From an uncultured Eubacteriales bacterium (GTDB lineage Bacteria; Acidobacteriota; Aminicenantia; Aminicenantales; Aminicenantaceae): DNA of 36,845 bases. The stretch spans positions 1 to 36,845 of the forward strand of contig CAZXJE010000001.1 in NCBI GenBank assembly GCA_964640835.1, written 5' to 3'. Both the position numbers and the translations under genes were made by a program. Under the pieces are notes generated by a model. The model had not been told where the DNA came from. It saw nothing but the letters and a program-made list of their open reading frames with translations, and ran no database searches. How positions within the stretch are numbered: position 1 is the stretch's first letter; each line of letters starts with the position of its first letter. Positions 32,632 to 36,845 of this stretch are shown in pieces.

Positions 32632-33870
32632 TTAAGCCTTGTGCTTGTGGGTTTTTTCTTCCAGTTCCTGGATGACCACCGAACAGGCCATGTTTCCCAC
32701 GACGTTGACGCAGGTCCGGACCATATCGAGCAGCCTCTCCACTCCCAGTATAAGGGCGATCCCCTCTAGAGGAATGCCCAACTGCTTCAGGACCAAAGCC
32801 AGAGCGATGATCCCGGCCATGGGAACACCAGCTGCACCGATAGAAGCCATGACGGCCATGAGCACGATCGTGACCTGGCCGGTCAAACCCAAATTGATGC
32901 CGTATATTTGGGCGATGAAGACAGCAGAGACACCCTGATAGAGCGCCGTGCCGTCCATGTTCACGGTCGATCCCAAGGGAATCACAAAACTGGAATACTC
33001 TCGTTTGACGCCGATATGCTCTACGCTCTCCATGGCAATGGGGAGTGTGGCCATGGAGCTGGAGGTGCTGAAAGCGATGATGATGGCCTCTTTGACAGCT
33101 CTGAAGAAGTAGAGGGGATTGGTCCGTCCGAGGATGCCGACAGATAAGCTGTTGAAAGTGATTCCGTAAAAGATCAGGCCTCCGATGACGACAATGCAAT
33201 ACTTAAGCAGTGTCAGAAGGATATCCACACCAAAGCGGCCGATAACCGCTGCACTGAGGGCAAATACGCCGTAGGGAGCAACCTTCATTACGATGTGGAC
33301 GACTTGAATGAAGATGTCATTGAGCGCATCCAGCATCTTGACCAGGAACTCGGATTTCTCCACCGGGATGAGTGTGAGCACAATGCCGAAGAGGATGGCC
33401 ATAAATATGATCTGAAGCATGTTGCCATCGATGAACGCCTTGACGGGATTTGTGGGCACGATATTGACCAGAATCTCGATAATGGAAGGTTTTTCTTCCA
33501 TACGTTTGATCCCATCTTGAGCTCTGGCCTCGTAGTTTTCCATGAGTTGAGTTTGGACATTGTCGGGTAAACCCTCGCCGGGTTTGACGGTGTTGGCTAG
33601 GAAGAGGCCCACACAGATGGCAATGATCGTTGTGATGACAAAATAGAGGGAAGTTTTGGCGCCTATGCGGCCCAGTTTTTTCACATCACCGAGGCTGGCC
33701 GTTCCCAGCATCAATGAGACAAAAACCAGGGGAACGACGATCATGGTGATCAGGTTGAGGAAGACAGTTCCCACAGGTTCGATAAGCAGGACCTTTTCTC
33801 TAAATACAAGTCCAGCAATAATCCCCAGGATGAGTCCGAGGAAGATCTTGGTGTGTAATCTGATTTTCAT
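32632..33870 (-). CDS. Dicarboxylate/amino acid:cation symporter (DAACS / sodium:dicarboxylate symporter family, GltP/DctA-like)
   Basis: 412-aa polytopic ORF. Family signatures: AFSTSSSMATLP, IPLGSTVNMDGTALYQG, GAAGVPMAGIIAL. Confidence 0.92.
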   Translation of the reverse strand: MKIRLHTKIFLGLILGIIAGLVFREKVLLIEPVGTVFLNLITMIVVPLVFVSLMLGTASLGDVKKLGRIGAKTSLYFVITTIIAICVGLFLANTVKPGEGLPDNVQTQLMENYEARAQDGIKRMEEKPSIIEILVNIVPTNPVKAFIDGNMLQIIFMAILFGIVLTLIPVEKSEFLVKMLDALNDIFIQVVHIVMKVAPYGVFALSAAVIGRFGVDILLTLLKYCIVVIGGLIFYGITFNSLSVGILGRTNPLYFFRAVKEAIIIAFSTSSSMATLPIAMESVEHIGVKREYSSFVIPLGSTVNMDGTALYQGVSAVFIAQIYGINLGLTGQVTIVLMAVMASIGAAGVPMAGIIALALVLKQLGIPLEGIALILGVERLLDMVRTCVNVVGNMACSVVIQELEEKTHKHKA

Positions 33871-33891
33871 GGATACCGTCCGTTCACCGTC

Positions 33892-34650
33892 CTAATGCTT
33901 CCGGGCCTTGTATATAAAATTGGATGTACTGTCGAATCGACCGGATGCAGGGAGAAATTTTTCTATGGTAAATCCCTTCTCTTCCAGGAAATCCTTGATC
34001 TCTTCCGGATAGTAGTGATGTCTGATCGGAACAAAATACCAATCCATAATGAGCTCTTCCAGTTTTTCGCCCTTCCGGGATTTTTCTCTTTTTTTGAAAA
34101 AGAAAACAACAGGAGCGAGAAATACGGCAAGAACTTTGGATAGGAATTTCCACGACTTCCTGGGTGTCCGGATCAGCGTCTTCCGGATGATCTCGTGGAG
34201 AAAAGTGACTTTTGTTTTTGTATAGACCGCTAATAGTATAGATCCCTCTTTTTTCAAGACTCTGATCAGTTCTTTGATTGCACCAAAGGGATCTGTCGTA
34301 TGATGGACTGTCCCCCAGGCCCAGACTATGTCAAAACTCTCATCCGCAAAGGGAAGTTTCAGCATGTCCTCTTTTTGGAAAAACACTGTTTCGATACTGA
34401 ATTTGTCCTTCAAGCTCCTTGCGGTCTCGAGACTGCCCTCGCTGATGTCGATCCCGGTAACGTTTCCTGCACCGTTTCTGGCAAAAATAATACTGAATAT
34501 CCCCGTTCCACATCCGGCATCGAGGATTTTTTGTCCGGCAACCTCGGTGTCCGAATAGAAAATTTTCCAGTGATTTTCCGATGCTTCATATTCCGGTAGG
34601 TACTCCGTCCAAACGACATCATAAAATTTACTGACTTTTTCTTTGTCCAT
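33892..34650 (-). CDS. Class I SAM-dependent methyltransferase
   Basis: 252-aa ORF. Motif I: KILDAGCGTGIFSIIFA. Post-I: VTGIDIS. Then FDIVWAWGTVHH and LKKEGSILLAVY. The C-terminal extension contains one hydrophobic stretch. Confidence 0.85.
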   Translation of the reverse strand: MDKEKVSKFYDVVWTEYLPEYEASENHWKIFYSDTEVAGQKILDAGCGTGIFSIIFARNGAGNVTGIDISEGSLETARSLKDKFSIETVFFQKEDMLKLPFADESFDIVWAWGTVHHTTDPFGAIKELIRVLKKEGSILLAVYTKTKVTFLHEIIRKTLIRTPRKSWKFLSKVLAVFLAPVVFFFKKREKSRKGEKLEELIMDWYFVPIRHHYYPEEIKDFLEEKGFTIEKFLPASGRFDSTSNFIYKARKH

Positions 34651-34753
34651 TAGTCTTTTGACTCTGACTATTCTTACTATTGACTGGAATTCATTAAATA
34701 GAGGATATATTATAGGCTTCCATCCTTTAAGTCAATCTGGATGCGTACTCGAG

Positions 34754-34782
34754 TTGACACGCTTTGTTTTCAATGATATTCT
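34754..34782 (+). promoter_or_regulatory. Sigma70-type promoter candidate for the small zinc-ribbon gene
   Basis: TTGACA (34754-34759), 17-nt spacer, TATTCT (34777-34782). Confidence 0.35.
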
Positions 34783-34846
34783 TTCTGCGGATTGCAAAAA
34801 GGTGGTTACAGTGTCATTCGACACAGTTAGATAAATAAGGAGATCG

Positions 34847-35110
34847 ATGGTGATGGATATATTATTGGAGTTCTTGGCATATTTGGGGATCCGCGTGTTA
34901 AAGAAAAAAAAGAAAAAGGACACAGAACTGACATCTCCTGATACACTCGATCGAGATCAGGGAAAAGATCATTCCGGAAGAACTAGCCCGCAAGAAGTTC
35001 CTGTTTGTGCTGGTTGCAGTCGCATTATTGAAAAAGATGCTATCTATGAGCTTGGGAAATCTTGGTGTATGGACTGTTATAAAAGTAATGTCTTAAAAGT
35101 CCAAGAATAG
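34847..35110 (+). CDS. Small protein with a hydrophobic N-terminus, a hexa-lysine tract and a C-terminal CxxC...CxxC zinc-ribbon-like motif
   Basis: 87-aa ORF. A strong AAGGAG (34837-34842) lies 4 nt upstream of the ATG. Motif: CAGC-x17-CMDC. I recognise no family. Confidence 0.5.
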   Translation: MVMDILLEFLAYLGIRVLKKKKKKDTELTSPDTLDRDQGKDHSGRTSPQEVPVCAGCSRIIEKDAIYELGKSWCMDCYKSNVLKVQE

Positions 35111-35112
35111 CT

Positions 35113-36093
35113 TTAAAGCCAGTTATAGGCCTTGCACCACTCAACGGTTTGCGAAGTCCCCTCCGCAAAGCTGATTTTAGGAGCGTATCCCAGTTCTTTC
35201 TTGGCCTTTTGGATGGCAAGCGGTTTGGGATGAATGAAAAAGCTCAGCTTGCCCCGGGTTAAAGGGGCCTCTCTTTTTAGTAGGGCAAAGGATCTTTCTA
35301 GGGCTGATGCTGCCAGTTTTACTGGCCATAAGGGAAGTGAGATTGGCGGTATCTTAGTTCCCGTCGCCGATGCGATGGCAGTGACGATGTCTTTTACTGG
35401 CAGGACTTCATTCCCCGCAAGGTGGTAGATATGACCTCTTTGTCCCTTCTCTGCACACAGAAACACGCCGTTCACCAAGTCGTCGATGTGGACCGGGGTC
35501 TGCAATGTTTCACCCTTGGTGACAAGGATGAATCTTTTTTTGGCGATGGCTTTGAGGAGTTTGAATGTTCGCCGATCGCCCGGCCCATAGACCCATCCCG
35601 GCCTTACGATGACGATATCCATTCCCTCTTCGGCAAAGCGACGGGCGATATTTTCTCCTTCAAGTTTGCTGCGGTCATAACTGTTTTGGGGATTTAAAGG
35701 ATAGTCTTCGTTGGCCACCTCACCCTTTTCAACCAAACCTAAAACACCCGCAGAGCTGAAGTGAACGATTTTTGGGACACCGGCATTTTTTGCAGCTTGG
35801 AGGACATTTTTTGTCCCCTGGCCGTTAATACGAAAAAAATCACTTGCAGTCAAAATCGAGGCACCCAAGGCTGCTGCGCAATGGAAAAGAATATCTTTGC
35901 CTTCAAAGAGTCCTTCCAATGAACCGGGATTTGTGATATCCCCCTCAACAACGTCATACTTTTGTTCGGATGTGGTTTCTCCTGCCGGGCGGCGGTTGTG
36001 CTGGAGGACACAGACATCCCACTGCCTTTGAAAACATTCCTGCATCAACGCACGGCCGATGAATCCGGATGCTCCTGTGATAAACACTTTCAT
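35113..36093 (-). CDS. NAD(P)-dependent sugar epimerase/dehydratase (extended SDR)
   Basis: 326-aa ORF. MKVFITGASGFIGRAL is the GxxGxxG Rossmann motif. The catalytic YxxxK is present (SYDRSK). IVRPGWVYGPGD is also present. Confidence 0.9.
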   Translation of the reverse strand: MKVFITGASGFIGRALMQECFQRQWDVCVLQHNRRPAGETTSEQKYDVVEGDITNPGSLEGLFEGKDILFHCAAALGASILTASDFFRINGQGTKNVLQAAKNAGVPKIVHFSSAGVLGLVEKGEVANEDYPLNPQNSYDRSKLEGENIARRFAEEGMDIVIVRPGWVYGPGDRRTFKLLKAIAKKRFILVTKGETLQTPVHIDDLVNGVFLCAEKGQRGHIYHLAGNEVLPVKDIVTAIASATGTKIPPISLPLWPVKLAASALERSFALLKREAPLTRGKLSFFIHPKPLAIQKAKKELGYAPKISFAEGTSQTVEWCKAYNWL

Positions 36094-36105
36094 CGTGAGA
36101 AATCC

Positions 36106-36845
36106 TTAGCCCGCTGAATCCGTGGCCTTATCGAGAACCTGGTTAATTTTTTCCTTGTATCGGGGATATGTGTAGTCGCGATCGGCTTTTTGCTTCGCAA
36201 AATTTGCTCTCTCCTTGGCCCTGTCATCGAAAAGAGCGAAGGCGATTCCCTCGGCCATACACTCAGCATCGGGTTCAACAAGGACGGATATCTGGTTAGA
36301 AAGGACTTGGGTGTGTGTCCAAAGGTTTGTGGCAATGAGTGGTTTCGCTGATTTGAGAAAGGAGTAGATCTTGAGCGGGGTGTTCGTTCCTGAAAGACGG
36401 GGCGAGACCAGTACATCAGCCAGGCTGATGAAGAGTGGAATTTGCGAGGGTGGAACCTGTCCCGTAAAAAAGACTTTTTCGGTGATCCCCAATTCTCGAG
36501 CTCTATCTTTTTCTCTCTCCACTGCAACTGGACTCTCTCCCACAAGCACGAAGACGATTCGGTCGTTTTGTATCTGGGATGCTGCCTCCAGGAGGAGTGG
36601 AATCCCTTGGTAGGGTTGAAAGTTGCCCGCATAAAGCACGATCTTTTTATCCTCGGAGGCAAATTCTTTGCGTTTTTGCCTGATCTCCTCTGCGGTAAAT
36701 TCCCTGGTGTCGAAATCGATGAAATTTTCAAGGAGGATGGCCTTATCCGCATAACCCTCTTTTTCGACCTGTTTGAGAAGATCAAGACAGATTACGATGA
36801 TCGCGCTCGAATTCTTCAAGATGAACCGCTCCATTCCTAAAAATA
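36106..36845 (-). CDS. GT-B fold glycosyltransferase, family 4-like; the N-terminus lies beyond the right window edge
   Basis: The track ORF starts at Met 36834, but the frame stays open to the window end (..FLG upstream). The Met falls where GT4 enzymes are mid-protein. C-terminal-domain motifs: KIVLYAGNFQPYQGIPLLLEA, VFVLVGE, VFFTGQV, ADVLVSPR..GTNTPLKIYSFLKSAKPLIATN (E/K-x7-E-like region). Confidence 0.85.
   Translation of the reverse strand, partial: FLGMERFILKNSSAIIVICLDLLKQVEKEGYADKAILLENFIDFDTREFTAEEIRQKRKEFASEDKKIVLYAGNFQPYQGIPLLLEAASQIQNDRIVFVLVGESPVAVEREKDRARELGITEKVFFTGQVPPSQIPLFISLADVLVSPRLSGTNTPLKIYSFLKSAKPLIATNLWTHTQVLSNQISVLVEPDAECMAEGIAFALFDDRAKERANFAKQKADRDYTYPRYKEKINQVLDKATDSAG

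Noticed and set aside
32309-33199. 296-aa minus-strand ORF (His/Arg/Gly/Pro-rich, MHCRHRRPDLLRNHF...) in the ORF track
   Set aside because: It is an off-frame shadow overlapping both the well-supported DAACS symporter gene (32632..33870) and the end of the acetyltransferase gene. It has low-complexity composition and no recognisable motif.
34732-34923. 63-aa minus-strand ORF beginning MSFFFFFFNTRIPKY
   Set aside because: It is the complement of the purine run that encodes the Lys tract of the plus-strand zinc-ribbon ORF. It has no ribosome-binding site and is low complexity.

Overview
This 36.8 kb window is densely coding. I support 28 CDS, and genes are cut at both edges. By eye I found no rRNA, tRNA, CRISPR array, transposase, integrase or phage-like gene. 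It reads as a cell-envelope glycoconjugate locus from a bacterium with canonical sigma70-type promoters. The organism is probably an anaerobe, because three radical-SAM enzymes are present and two are of the cobalamin-binding type. This is an inference, and I cannot assign a taxon.

Gene content, left to right:
- 1..10443: module 1. Two GT-C (ArnT/PMT-like) membrane glycosyltransferases flank a stop/start-coupled GT2 -> B12-radical-SAM pair. The whole module is bracketed by two paralogous secreted beta-propeller + Fn3-like proteins. The left paralog (1..1418, minus strand) is absent from the supplied ORF track because it has no in-window stop. I confirmed it by manual translation.
- 10628..15228: a housekeeping-like block. 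It holds a radical SAM/SPASM-twitch protein, rsmA/ksgA, a SufS/CsdA-type cysteine desulfurase, a small 2-TM protein and a PP-loop ATPase.
- 15473..17627: a 1138-bp-period tandem duplication of a PD40/TolB-like propeller gene. Each copy carries its own duplicated promoter.
- 17719..21925: two convergent extracytoplasmic alkaline-phosphatase-superfamily enzymes that share a C-terminal RALGYI[KR] tail.
- 22282..32617: a divergent pair of glycan operons. On the minus strand: asnB-like amidotransferase -> GT9 -> Ppm1/DPM1-like GT2. On the plus strand: B12-radical SAM -> YdjC deacetylase -> ArnC/GtrB-like GT2 -> GT-C -> hexapeptide acyltransferase.
- 32632..36845: a DAACS symporter, a SAM methyltransferase, a small zinc-ribbon protein, an SDR epimerase/dehydratase and a truncated GT4.

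The best candidate for something undescribed is the recurring association of a polyprenyl-phosphate-type GT2, a cobalamin radical-SAM enzyme and a GT-C transferase, once with a YdjC deacetylase. This looks like Arn/Lgm-style lipid-carrier sugar delivery with an added radical tailoring step. It also resembles an HpnI/J/K trio outside any visible hopanoid context.

All functional calls rest on motifs I can read in the translations. No database search was run.
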